In this document: one piece after another, positions 13,171 to 26,944 of the stretch
How the letters are laid out: every line of letters starts with the position of its first letter
How positions within the stretch are numbered: position 1 is the first letter of the stretch
DNA from: Camelus ferus
Lineage: Eukaryota
Assembly: GCF_009834535.1 (NCBI RefSeq)
Contig: NC_045696.1
Location: forward strand, 60,080,001-60,144,000
Reading direction: 5' to 3'
DNA length: 64,000 nt
Position numbers and translations under genes: made by a program
Notes under the pieces: generated by a model
The model's database searches: none
Seen by the model: the letters and a program-made list of their open reading frames with translations, nothing else
What the model was told of the DNA's origin: nothing

Positions 13171-15420
13171 CCTCATGGTAATCACAAACTAAAACTCTAT
13201 AATGGATAATTTACACAAAAAAAAAGATAGGAATTCACACATAACACTAAAGATAGTCTCACATCACAAGGGGGAAGAGCAAAAGAAGAAACAAACAAAC
13301 AAAAAACCTCTACAAAACAACAAGAAAACAATGAACAAAATGGCAATAAGTACATACCTATCAATGATTACTTTAAATGTAAATAGACTAAGTGCTCCAA
13401 TCAAAAGACAAAGAGTGGCTAACTGGATGAAAAAAAAATCTGTGTATATGCTGCCTACAAGTGACTCTCTTCAGATTCAAAGACACACACAAATTAAGGG
13501 GATGGAAAAGGTATTCCATACAAATGGAACCAAAAAGAAATCTGGGGTAGCGATACTTATAGACTTCAAAAAATATATATATAACAAGAGGCAAAGAAGA
13601 ACATTACATAATGATAAAGTGACCAACCTAACAAGAAGATACAACAATTGTAAATATATGTGCACCCAACCTAGGAGTACCTAAATATATAAAGCAATCA
13701 TTAAAAAACTCAAAGAGAGAAATTTACAGTAACACAGTAGTAGTGGGGGAACTTTAACAACACATTTACATCAATGGACAAATGATCTAGACAGAAAATC
13801 AATAAAAAAACACTAGCTTTAAATGACACATTAGACCAGATGGACTTTATATATACACTAGGCCACAAAACAAATGCCAATTAACTGAGGATTAAAATCA
13901 TATTAAGCATATTTTTAACCACAAGAGTATTAGACTAGAAATCAACTGTAAGAAAAAGACTGCAAAACTCATAAACACATGGAGCCTAAACAATGTGCTA
14001 CTAAATAACCATTGGGTAACTGAAGAAATCAAAGAGGAAATAAAAAATACCTGGAGACAAATGAAAATGGAAACACAATGATCCAAAATCTATGGAAATA
14101 GGAAAAGCAGTTCTAAGGGGGAAATTAATAGTGATACAAGCCCACCTCAGAAAAAAGATCTCAAACAATCTAACCTTACACCTAAAGCAACAGAAAAAGA
14201 AGAACAAACAAAACTCAAGTTTAATACAAGGAAAGAAATAATAAAGATCAGAGTGGAAATAAATGATATGGAGACATAAAAGACAGTAGAAAAGGTCAAT
14301 GAAACTAATAGCTGGTTCTCTGTAAAGATTAACAAAATTGATTAAATTTTAGTAGGACTCATCAAAAAAGGAGAGGGCCCAAATCAATAAAATCAGAAAT
14401 GAAAAAGGAGAAGTTACAACTGACACTTCAGAAATGCAAAGGATCATTAGAGATTACTGTGGAAAACTATATGCCAATAAAATGAAAACTTAGAGGAAAT
14501 GGACAAGTTCCTAGAAATGTACAATCTCCTAAGGAAGAAATAGGAACAATGAACAGATCAATTCCAGTAATGGTATTGCATCTACAATTTAAAAAAAAGA
14601 AAACTCCCAATAAGCAAAAGTCCAGGGCCAGATGGCTTCCCAGGTGAATCCTACCAAACATTTAAAGACTTGGCACCTATCCTTCTCAAACTATTCCAAA
14701 AAACTGCAGTGGAAGGAACACTTCTGAACTCATTCTATGAGGTCAGTATCACCCTACTGCTAAAATCAGACAAAGATATCACAAAAAAGGAAAATTACAG
14801 ACGAATATCACTGCTGAATATAGATGCAAAAGTCCTCAACAAAATATTAGCAAACTGACTCTGACAATACTTTAAAAGGATCATACACCATGATCAAGTG
14901 GGATTTATCAAGGAATGCAAGGACGGTTCAATATCCACAAATCAATGTGATACACTACATTAACAAATTGAAGAATACAAAACATATGATCATCTCAATA
15001 GATGCAGAAAAAACTTTTTATAAAATTCAACATCCATTCATGATAAAAGCTCCCAACCAAGTAGTTTTAGAGGGATCATGACTCAACATGATAAAAGCTG
15101 TATTTTTCGAAACTAAAATCAACATCGTACTCAATGGTGAAAAGCTGAAAGCATCTCCTCTAAATTCAGGAGTAAGACAAAGATGCTTACTCTCTCCACT
15201 TTTATTCAACACTGGCAATCTTAGCCACAGCAATCAGACAAGAAAAAGAAATAAAATGAACCCAAATTGGAAAGGAAGAAGTAAAATTGTCACTTTGCAG
15301 ATGACATGATAATATACAAGAAAATCCTATCATCACCAGTAAAAAATGATTAGAACTAGTAAAAATAATTCAGTAAAGTTTCAGGATACAAAATTAGTAT
15401 ACAGAAATTTGTTGGTTTTC
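10850..15420 (+). mobile_element. LINE-1 5'UTR, ORF1 and ORF2 endonuclease/RT part, heavily disrupted
   Basis: ORF1 remnants ~11930-12790; EN motif ITLNVNRLSAPIKRQR; RT motifs [41 protein letters not shown]. Confidence 0.93.
13068..13168. repeat. Compound microsatellite (TAG)n(TAA)n in the L1 inter-ORF spacer
   Basis: Directly visible. Confidence 0.95.
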
Positions 15421-15429
15421 TTCCTTTTA

Positions 15430-16697
15430 TTTGCTAAGTGGTATTTCATTGTATAATGGTCCCATAATTCACCAGGTGAAAGGCTTTCTGGGCATCTTTA
15501 AAGTGTTTAGTCCACAAATGCCTGCTGGAGCTTTGCTACAAGAGATCTTTGCTAAGGGTCCCTGTTCGGGTACATGTCATAACTACCTATTTATCCACCC
15601 CCAGCTGGTCCTCAGCCTTCAGCTACTGGATGGGGTAGATCTCCAGGAACTTTAACTTCAATCATTTCTTCTGTTGGGTGATTTGTCCACCCACTTACTC
15701 ACCTATTCTTTGTTTTAGTGATGCCTGCTAGTTGCCAGGCACTGAGCGTATCAGGTTGAACAGGACAGTCTTGGTTCCTAGCTATAAAGAGCGTACAATT
15801 TTGAGCTCATTAACTCCTTCATGATATGGGGTGCAGGCTGGAGAAGGATGGGAGGGGAAATGACAGGAACACTTTAAGGGCAAGTCCAAGATCTTCAGGA
15901 CCAGTCACTAGTGAGTCAGCATTGAAATGACACATTAATCCTGTAATTGTTTGTCTTTGTTTTGGTGACAACAGGGCCCTATTGAAGAGAACTGATTTGT
16001 GTTGTTCCTTTGTAGTTTCAGAGTGTCTTCATTTGAATTCCCCCTTTTAGTCCTCACAACTCTGGGAGGCGATACTTATTATCCCCATTTCCCTGATCAG
16101 GACACTGAGGCTCAGAGAGCTGAGCGGACTCTTAGGCCTGACGACATGATCTGAGAAAACAGCCATGAAACTGTCAGGGAGTGTCTTGTACCAGCTGTTA
16201 GAGCCCAGGCCTACTGTGAGTTTTTATGTGGTCATTAAAAATCACCTACATTTCTGTTTCCTGGCATCTCTCTAGTATCTTTCTGATGTGACGTTCATGC
16301 TGCATCACATGGCTTCACGTCCACACAGCCCAGCTCTGGGGGTTTATAGCTGTCCTGACATTCAATATCCCAGACAGAAGGACTCTGGCCTGTGTAATCT
16401 ATATATTGTGCCCCTGACTTTCATTACCCCTCAAGCAACTGGAATATGAGTGTGCATTGCTGAAGCCCTTTAAGTCCAAGGGCCTAAAAGTACTGTTTAG
16501 ATCTTGACTTACTGGCAAATCAAACCCTAAGGTGGAGGCTCAAAACTGCTGGGTCGGAGACACAGGCAGGACAAGCATCAGGCCAGCGTGTGTGTGGACA
16601 GCAGAAGGGCCTCCCATTTTCAGTCCTGAACAGTTCCCAGGGGAGCCGAGTACAGAAATGCTGTGATGTTTACAATGTCTGGCTAAATTGGGTAGGA
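15430..16697 (+). repeat. Local direct duplication, copy 1 (~1.27 kb; partner 26945-28207)
   Basis: Colinear match to 26945-28207; core nearly identical, flanks more diverged. Confidence 0.95.
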
Positions 16698-16709
16698 ACA
16701 AGAAAATTT

Positions 16710-17248
16710 CATTGCAGCATTATACAATAGCCAAGATATAGAAGCAAACTAAGTGTCCAGTTGATAGATGAATAGACAAAGAAGATATGATATATTTACA
16801 CAATAGAATATTACTCAGCCATAAAAAAGAAATGTTGCCATTTGTGACAACATGGATGGGTCTGGAGGGTATTATGCTAAGTGAAAAATCCAGATAGAGA
16901 AAGACAAATCCTGCATGGAATCTAGAAAGCAAAGCATTCAAAAAATAAAATGAAAACAGACTCATAGATACAGAGAATAAACTGGTGGTTTCTAAAAGGG
17001 AGTGGGATGGGGCTGAAGGAAATAGATAAAGGGATTAAGAGGTACAAAACTCCAGTTCTTTAAGATGTCACAAGACTGTAACATACAGCATAAGGAATAC
17101 AGCCAATAACACTGTAATAACACTGTATGAGGACAGATGATTGCTAGACCTATCATGGTGATCATTTTCTAATGTATATAAATGTTAAATCATTATGCGG
17201 TACACCCGAAACTAACAGAATGCTGTACATTAACTATATTTCACAAAA
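16710..17248 (+). mobile_element. LINE-1 3' end (ORF2 C-terminus plus 3'UTR), probably the remainder of the 10850-15420 element
   Basis: cattgcagcattatacaatagccaag... and an L1MA9-like 3'UTR (ggtacacccgaaactaac). Confidence 0.85.
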
Positions 17249-17249
17249 C

Positions 17250-17628
17250 GTCATGGGATAACTACACATGGCATTTGAAACACTGTTGAGTTACAAGTGT
17301 ATCACTGTGGTGTGAGGTGTGCTGAGCAGCAGTGTGAAGTGATGAGAGAGTCATGTCATGTCACCTCTAATCCGTTATGATACTCGACCCTGCCACTGTA
17401 GCATGGAAGCAGCTGTAGACAACGTGCAATCAAATGGGGTGGCTGTGCCCCAATAAGACGTCATTTGTGACACTGAAATTTGGATTCCACAGGATTTACA
17501 CATTTCACAAAATACGATTCTTCTATTGATTTTTTTCTAGGTTTTTTTAAATGTAAAAATCACTCTTAGCTTGTGGGTCCTACAAAAACTGGCAGCTGAC
17601 TGACTGTGGCCCTGGGATGTAGTTGGCC
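17250..17628. mobile_element. Right end of the Cheshire/MER58-type transposon
   Basis: ctgccactgtagcatggaagcagctgtagacaac...ggctgtgccccaataa...tgtagttggcca resembles the MER58 terminal half. Confidence 0.65.
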
Positions 17629-19849
17629 AGCAATTGGTCATGAGTGCAGTCAGCCCAGTGGGGACAGGTCCTCTCTCACCAAGGTAGGAGCTTGTCTGTG
17701 TCCAAAAGAATTCTCAAGACAGACAGAGGGATGGGTGCTCACTTTGAATCTCCTAGAAGGACCACAAGACTTGACCTCCATGAGGATGTCACCAACCATC
17801 ATCTTTCAGAGTTATCTCCTGGTGCTGAGCTGAAATTACAACACATCCATTGTCTCCTTTAACTAATTCTGAAAGTCAGTGCTGTGGGCAAGCTTTTACA
17901 GATGAAAAACTTGGATCTTAGAGAAGTTAAGTAACAAGGGGATTTGTGGCAGCCCAGGGACTGAATTCCAAGTTCCAAAGACCATGTTTGACTCACCACA
18001 TCACTCTGTTTTTATTTCATCCAGACGCCTCTCCAGGCCTGCCCCACATCCCTGCCCCTGCTCTCCTCCAGGCCTTCCCACAGAATCCCTGGTGACTCCG
18101 GCCTCCGTAAGGGAGCTCTGCCTCTCAGTCACCACGGCTGGGCTGCTGGCCTCGCCGTCTCACGTACCTTCTGTACCTCACATGCTCTTATGACACATAT
18201 TTTGATGACAACATGTGCCCTGGGACTCATAAGACCTGGACCCCTAGCCCAACCCTTTCATGAACCAGCTACATCACCTTGGAAAAACGTCCTCTCTCCG
18301 GGCCTCAGTTTCCTTATTTATAAAATCAGAGTGGGGGTGGAGGGATACCCCCCTTTCCTGAGCTCCTCTCCAGTTTTAAATTTCTATGAGTCAACTCATT
18401 CCCCACCATGTTTTATTACCCACAAACTACCACCTCCCTCTGTTAGTAATAGTTATGGAAAGGATACTGCTGATAGGCCCAGAGTGGCATGGACTCTGAA
18501 CTTTGCTTTAAGGGACATGACACAAGAGTCCTTTAATAAGTATAGCACCCCTGAAATGCCAACTAGTTGGCACAGACTCGGGGACATTTAAGAATAAATC
18601 AGGTAAACAAAGAGGCCAATTTCACAAATGCACAGACTAAACAAGGTAGAGAATGAGGCTTAGGGAGTGGGGAGCAGCCTAAATGACAGCCAAATATCCG
18701 TGACACATCCCCTATGTGAATGTTTGTCTCAGGGAGTAGAGATGGACACAGAGCAAAGATAAGACTGTGGTCCCACCCTTGCGGAGTTCACAGTCTAGTG
18801 GGTGATAACCAAGGTGCTAATAATAAAAACTTAGGAATAATAGAAATGCAGGAAGCAGTAGCAGTGAAATTAGGAGGATTTGACCTACCTGCCTCTGTAG
18901 AGAAGTAGGCTGACTAAGCTTGCTTTATTGTACATCCCTCAATCAGGGGACAGAGAGCTTCAGAGGACATTAATAGCCTCAAAATTCCATTATCCTGAAG
19001 GTTAACTGACTTAGTTCCTTAGATATAAGCCTAGTGCTGGGGGGCAGGGGAGGGAGAAGGCTGTGCCTCTCTTGTTTTTTGGTTTTGTTTTGTATTCTTT
19101 CCTTAGTATAAATTCAGGGAAGTAAAATTACTAATTCAAAGGGTAAACATTTTAAGGCTTCTAGAAATTGTTGCTAAGTTATCTTCTTAAAGATTCATAT
19201 TAATTTACTCCTCTGTGGTTTTCCTTTCATCCATTGGCATAAAGTATTTTCGTTTTTAAAAAGTAGAGCTTTTTTGCCACAATGATAGGTGAGAAATGAT
19301 AGCCCAGGATTTAAATTCTCATTTCTTTGACTACTAATGAGATAGAGCATTCTCGATATATTTGTTCGGTTATGTGTAATTCCTGTTCATGATTCTTATC
19401 TACTGTTTCAAGGGAAAGTTTATTCATCATGTTCTAATGAAAGTGTATGAGTTATTCATCTATCTTATGGATTAAAGATATTAATATTTGTCGACCTTTC
19501 ATCGTCACCCAGCCCTTCCTTCTTCTCAGTCCAAACCCACAGGCATCACTCTGAGTAAAGTCCTCCAGCCAGTATCCTCCCACCTGGTGCACCTGCCAAA
19601 ACCTCAAGTCTGGCCCCCTTCTCTGCTCTAATACCTACTACTGAGTCCTGCTGGAAGACAATTATCTTATGTCGGGGTTGCTGCTACCACAAGCCCACCG
19701 TTCTCAGCCTCTGTCCAACATACTCCATGTCCTGAATCAGCTTCTTCCCACGTTCCCAAACAGCTAATTCCCGGTTTTTTTTCTCCTCCCTGCTGTTCAA
19801 CCCCACCACACTCTTTCTTTCTCTTTCAGGAGAAGAACTTGTGTTTTCT

Positions 19850-20042
19850 CTTTCCAATTGAGACATAATTGACATGTAACATTGTTTTAGTTTTTGGTAT
19901 ACAACATAATGATTTGATATATTTTTATATTGTCAGATGATTATTACAATAAATTTAGTTAATATCTGTCACCACATATAGCTCCAAAAGAATATTTTTT
20001 TTCTCGGGATGAGAACTTTGAAGATTTACCCTCTTAACATCT
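19850..20042 (-). mobile_element. L1 3'UTR fragment
   Basis: aattgagacataattgacatgtaacattg...tacaacataatgatttgata antisense L1 tail. Confidence 0.7.
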
Positions 20043-22899
20043 TTATATTAGAATGCCTCTCTCATTATGTGACTCTCAACTTCTTTCATAATTTAAGAGA
20101 TTATCAGGAATATTTTTAAAAAGTAACAAGGAAGTCAGCTATATAAATTGTGAAATCCAAATCATGGTTTCACAGAAATTTTCAGTTTCAATTCCAAAAT
20201 GTCTTACGTTTCACAAACACTTACACTGAAGTTACTCTGTGTAAATTACTAGTGTGTTTTATAGATACTGACCCATTTAATTCTCAAGACAACTCTAAGA
20301 GGTAGAGTGTTATTATTCTACCTGAGGAAACTAAAGCATAGAGCAATTAAAAATAATTGTCCAGGACTTGAAACTAACACAACATTGTAAATCTACTTCA
20401 ATTAAAAAAAAATAACTTGGTCACAGAGCTAGTAAGTGGGGATGTGAACCCAGGAAGTCTGCATGAGTGGCCAGGGTCATCTCCCCTGTCCCACTATCTC
20501 GTCAGCCTCTGCCCTCCCCTCACCACTCCTGCAAGGATGGCTGCAGAGAAGGCTGCAGAGGTGAGCAGGAGCCTCTTCCTCCTCACACATTTCCCAGGTC
20601 TTCCCGGGTGTTGGCTATGACTCAGGCAGAGCAGAAGAGCCTGTGTCCCCTGGTGTCTCTGCACCTGGAGCCCACCCTGCCTTCAGACTCCCCCCACCAG
20701 CCTCACCTCTCTCCTCTCTGCTGCTCAGCTTTGCTCAAATCTGTCCCCATACAGCCCTAACCTAAATCCAGTTCCTCCACCCTTCCAAGCCCCTTGCCAC
20801 TCCCAAGAGGTCTCTCTCATCCAAGAAGAGGGAAGTAAATGGGGTGAAAGTCAGGAGGAACTTTCTAACAATTGGAGTTATTGAGATATGCAGAGGGCTT
20901 CCTCAAACACATGTGCTCCCTGTTCCTGGTACATCTACTCAGATGAGAGGGAATTTAACTGGAATTCACAATGGCTAAAATCTCTTCCAAACCTGAGATT
21001 CTGGGATTCTATATTTTGCATTTCCTAGCACTGTTTTAATTCATATTTAATATTTTTTAAAGCAAAAGATCTCCTCTCTGATGTCCTGAAACATCTCTGT
21101 TATCCAGCTGTATTTGTTCTACTTTTAGTGCTGATAATTACCACAAAGAAGGACGCCACTGGACACATCCGCTTCATTTGGAGAAGTTCCCCTAGATCTT
21201 CCTTCTTCTATGATAACCACCTGCTTCAAAAATCCTGAATACCCTACTTCCTCTCATTTCTGACATATTATTTTTCTTTCATGTCCAGGTCAATACCAAT
21301 TTTGATAATTCTTCCTCCATCACCCCATGTCATCTATTTCCAGGAAGCTGAATTATAGGTCTTCATCACTCAAGGGCTTCCTTCAGGTCCAGAGCTCCAC
21401 TGATGTGGGCCCTGAGTGCAGACTGAAAGCACACAAAGGTAGGAGTCAGACAGATCAAGGCTTAATTCAAGGCTCAACTCTGAGTGGCTGGCAAATTACT
21501 CAGCCTCCTGGAGGTTCAGTTTATTCACGTGTGATAGAGAGACAATGACCTCCTTCCAGAGACAATAAATGGCAAGTATGGTTATTTTTCTTGCTGGAAT
21601 CATGTTTTAATTTCAGAATGATATATTTTTCTAATATAAAACTATAGCATTAGTAATATATTAAAAAGAAAGTTTGAAAATAAAATAAGGAGGGAAAACC
21701 TCCATTGTCCTTCTACCCTACTATTGTTGATATTTTGGTATATTTATTTTAAAATTTTTATCCTATATACTTTTCCTCATTTTTTTAAATTATAAAATAT
21801 TTGAAAAAATTTCCAAGAATACAGAAATATAAAAAGTGAAACCTCCTTCATTTTTCCACTTCTTATCCTGATATCAAGGGGGATCAGGTTTATTTTAAAA
21901 ACTGTATGAAATAATTTTTCCCGTTTTACTTCCTAATATTTATAACAAATATTTATATTAGCTATGTAATGTTCTATTAATTGGAAAATAAACATTTATC
22001 AAGTAGACAATTTCTGGACATTTAGTTTGTTTCCAATTGTTTACTCATAAATCCTTGACAAAATCTTTTTGCCAATAACTCTTTCCATATACTGAATTAT
22101 TCCCTAAGACAAGATTCCCTCAATGTGGAATGACTGGATCAATGGAAATCAGCATTTTTATGGCTCTTAGTTAAGTCTTGACAGATTTTAAAGGGTTTTA
22201 TTTATTTACTCACCCACCCATAACCTCTCATGAGCTGGACTCTTCCACTACACTTTCATCAGCACTGGGTCTTGATAACTTAATAGGCAAAAAATCACAC
22301 CAATCACTAGAGAGGCAGCTTGAGGAGTGGAACGACACTGGTCCTTGAAGACTGACAATCGTGGGTTCAGCTTCAGCTTTGCCAGTTGACATTGATCAAC
22401 AAGCTATCCCACCCTTCAGAACCTCAAGTTTCCTCATTTATAACATGGAAATTATGGTACCTAATGTGACCGTGGTTGTGAGGATGAAATAAAAATGCAT
22501 GTGGGATGCTTGCCGCCCCCTCCCCCACCCCGGCAGTGGTAGTCTCCCTTCCTCTCCAGCCATGAGTGAGCATTAGTATCTTTCATCCCATGTGTCTTTT
22601 TGTACCTTCTCCCTTGTCAATCATCTGTGCATGTTCTCTGCCCATGTATCTCTTGGGTTCTCAGTGGGATTATTTTTTAAATTAATTTGTATGAGTTTTG
22701 GAACATCAAGATATATTAACTTTCCTTCTGTCATATCTGCTGTAAATTCTTAGCTTATTGTTTGCTTTTTAATATTTTCTTTATACACAGCTTATATTTT
22801 TATAACAAATCTATCAATTTTTCACCTAAGAATTGAGAGGTCTCTGATAACACCATTTACATTGGATAAGGGGTCCCTTCTCTGAGTTTTTAGAATTTT

Positions 22900-23250
22900 A
22901 TAGTGGTCCCCTGGTATCTGGGGGGGGGGAGTGTGTGAGACTCCCCCCCATCCCCCACAGGTACCAAAGTCCTAGAATGCACAAGTTCCTTATATAAAAG
23001 AAAGTAGTATTTGCATAACCTCCCATATACTTTAAATCACCTCTAGATTACTTATAATACCTAATACAATGTAAACACTATGAAAATAGCTGTAAATACA
23101 ATGTAAGTGCCACGCAAATAGTTGTTAGTGAGTGGCAAATTCAAGTTTTACTCTTTGGAACTTTCTGGAAATTTTTCTTTTTTAACATATTTGATCCACA
23201 GTGGGTTGAATTCCCAGATATGGAATCCATGGATACAAAGGGCCTCTTGT
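22900..23250. mobile_element. MER2-like (TcMar-Tigger) non-autonomous DNA element
   Basis: tactttaaatcactctagattacttataatacctaatacaatgtaaa core; ends ggatacaaagggcc. Confidence 0.75.
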
Positions 23251-23973
23251 ACATAAATATATTTCAATGAATTGGGAAAACTTTTGAATGAGTAAGGAGC
23301 CAATTTACAATAACTTTCAAGTGCTCTTGAAATCTTTTGGCCTTTGGATCACCATGCTTTGTAAGGGATACTCAGATGGTGCAGTTGACAGTGATGCCCT
23401 GTGTGAGGCGGCTCAGCTTCTTGGACCACCCTTCCTGCACCAGGGATCTCCCCGCGAGCCCTGCCTCTCCAAGGGAGAAGCCAAGACCTTGCTTTCGCAG
23501 CCTCTCTTGTCTCTGGGGTGTAGGTCTGTGACTCTGCACCATAAACCACAGTTACCTATACAGACCTGGTATTTAGAAGAGGAAATTAATGGAGGCAGCA
23601 CCAGGTGAAGTCTACTTTCCTGGCTGTCACGGGCAGAAACAAGGTGCCAGCATCGTGCTGGGGCCAGCGGTGGGAGCTGTGGGGTCCGTGCGGAGCAGTG
23701 TGGCAGAGGGGCTGTCTTTCCGGATGCTCACTCCTGCAGTGTGATTAGGCCATTGCTCCCCCCTGGGAGATTCTGTGAGTCACCTGATATCATTTAATAA
23801 ACCAAACCGAAGGGATGCTCATCTCTGCAGCTAAGAACCTCAGCTAATACAGGAGAATATTACAGTCGAGATTTAAGGCTCTTCATCTCTCCCCAAGAAA
23901 GCAGTAACAACAGCACCTAGCATCTACTGAGTGCCACCAACATGCCAGGAACTGTGCGCGGCGTAACTTCCTC

Positions 23974-24017
23974 ACACACACATACACCACTACACACACA
24001 CACACACACACACACAC
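23974..24017. repeat. (CA)n microsatellite, interrupted
   Basis: Directly visible. Confidence 0.9.
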
Positions 24018-26944
24018 TTTCTTTCAACAATCTGAAAGTTACACATTGATGTCCTCATTTTATTTTTTAAATTAATAATTTTATTGTTTTTATTAAATGA
24101 GTCATGCTTGTTAAAATAAATTTAAGCAACATGGAAAAGCATGAAGAAGAAAGGAAAAGTACCCACAGTCCAGTAACCAGTGTTATCATTTAGAGGACAC
24201 CCCGTGAGACATTGCTCTCCGTGTGTGTAGACTGACAGTGGGAGAGAGAGAATAGATGGAGGGAGACAGTGGGTAGGTGTGATTTTACAAGTGTGAGGTC
24301 ATAATATAGACACCTTTTCAATTGCATATGACATTTAGTTTTTAATTTGACTTAAGGAAAAAATCAATTGAAGTGAAAACGAAATGATTGCTGAACTTTG
24401 AGAAAATGTGTTTTTATACAAGAGATAATAGTTCCAAGGACACTTCTCCAAGATGAAGAAAAAAATGTGAAAACTATAATAAGCTATGCTGTTTTAAAAG
24501 ACTTACTAACTTTAAACTATGGATTGATCTAGCCATTATGAAAACAAGAGAAAGAGCATCTTATTCTCCCACTCCTCCTGTTTTTCTTATTTCTAGTTTG
24601 TCAGGGTTTTGTAACATTTATATTCTATTTCCAGGTCTTAATTCTTTCATTTTCTTAATTCTATATCTTAATTCTCTGTCTAATCAGATCCAATACATAT
24701 CGTTCATGGCTTCTCCATTTCCAAATTCAGTGTTTTGATTCCTCCTCTTGGTTGGCAGGACCTCACCATGGAGTGGTTTTTCTTGGGTGCTGGGTTCCTT
24801 GAAATCTTTTCTTTTGAACAATCTCTGCCTATTGCTTTCATGATTAAGAGAATAACCTTATAAATATTGCTTCACTGCCTCCAAGCTTTGCATGTTGCTA
24901 TGAGGGGCAGTCTGAGACCAGCCAGATTCAACCACTTGAAGGGGCCTTCCTTTTTATACTTGACACAAACCTCGTCTTCAAAATGGGAAAAAAACCAACG
25001 ACTAACAAGATTTAGGGATGGCATAATTTGTCAAGGCTCTATCCTAGTGAGCAATTCATTGGGGCCCTGGACTTGTATCCAAATCTGTCTCTAAAACCTG
25101 CCCTCTTTTATCCCACTGCACGACAATGCTTCTGTCTGGCAAAGTACAACCAGTGACACTGGGAAATTTTGGGAAAAGTAACAGCCTTCATCCTCCGTGG
25201 GCCTCAGTTTTCTCTTTTGTAAGATACAGGACTGGACCATGCTAGTGGTTCCCAGACTTACAGATTTTACAAAGCTAGTGATGTGTCCCAAACTAATGAT
25301 GTGGAAGGGCCTGACCCAGAGGTGCTTGCTGACAAAACATCATTGGTATTAAAAAAATAAAGAAAACTGCCACCTGCTATTACTATTGTTTTGTAAAATA
25401 AGGGACATTTTTATAACTAAAAAGAGTAGAAAGCACATTATCTCATAATAATGAGATTGTATTTAAATGGACTCAATTTAGTTTTTTGAAAAACTCTCCA
25501 CATACTTCATACATTTGGCCTCAGCCCAGTAATGGCCTCTTCTGGACCAGTCACTCTCCAAGGGCAAGATTTGTAAACTGTTGCCTAGATGACCTCACTG
25601 AAAATCTTTCCTGGTCCCACATTTTCTATGATACTGAGTAATGGTGAAACCTGTCCTGATTTTCCCAGGTTAGGATGACTATTCCAGTCCCTTGGTCTTT
25701 AGAAAGGAATTAGCGTCAATCTGAAATGTGAACCAATTAATAAGGAAGTGAGGGACAAGATATTCCACAGTGAAGCTGATGGGTGTGGAGAGACAGGAAA
25801 GATGGACCTTGTTCTCAATTAATCTAGTTATCACTGAGCTAAATACAGATCAAGTTTTACGTGGATTATAAAATCACAGCATATTTCCCCAGACAACCTT
25901 CATCTTATTGATGGTACTAGAATCATTGTGATAACGCCTTACAATAAAATTTGACAACAACAATGAACTAAGCAGGAAGGAACGGCAGAGGAATTAAAAT
26001 TGTAGCTTTATATCAACAACAAAAAAGCTGCTTTAAGCATGCCCACCATGGGGCCTAACACACATATATTCAGTGCCTGCTTTGTCCAAGGCCCAGAGCT
26101 AAATGATGTATCCCACCACTGAGATACACTTTAGAGACATCCTATCATTTAATCTCTCAACACACCTCTGAACTAGGAATGATCATTATTGCTATTTTAT
26201 AGAGGAGAAAACTCATGATCAGACTGATTAAGAAATTTATCAAGGTCACATAGCTAATAAATCTAGGTTTCAAATCTAGGACATTCTAGTTCAAAAGCTC
26301 ATTTACATCACAAATCCTCACACCTCAGGCTTGGAAAATATTCGCCATCAATAAATGTTTCTGATTTGAGTTCTTATAAAACAAACAAACTTAAAACAGC
26401 TTAGTTGAAGAATTTTAATGATAAAAATGCTCTATGGCATTGAACTAGGAATCAAGTAATTCACATGAAGTGTAGTAACCAGTGTCACTTTTTGTCCAAT
26501 TCACGTCCAAGCCCAGTCAGCAAGGGGCTATGTTCCTCTTAGTCACTGGGTGTCCCAGGCCAACAGTGCCTCCATCTCAACACATATTTCCACGATTGCT
26601 GAGCAGGAGACATGAAGGCCACACACAGCTCTTAAAGGGTCTCCCAGAAGTGACACACTTCACTTCTATTCACATTTCTTTGGCCAAAGGAAGGCACATG
26701 GCCATATGTCAAAGTGGGTAGGGAAGTCCCAGCTACCATGCGCCTGGAAGGAAGAAAGCCCTTCCTGACCTCCAGGGAAAGCACTCCCCTGCTTTCTGTC
26801 CCTATATATAATCTTCTCTTTTCCAGAATGAAATACAATTGGAATGACACAGTCTGCAGCGTTTGGGGCTGGCTCTTTACACACAGCACAGCACTTCTGA
26901 GACACGTCCGTGTTGCTGTCTGTTGAGGTCGTTTGGGCCTCCTG

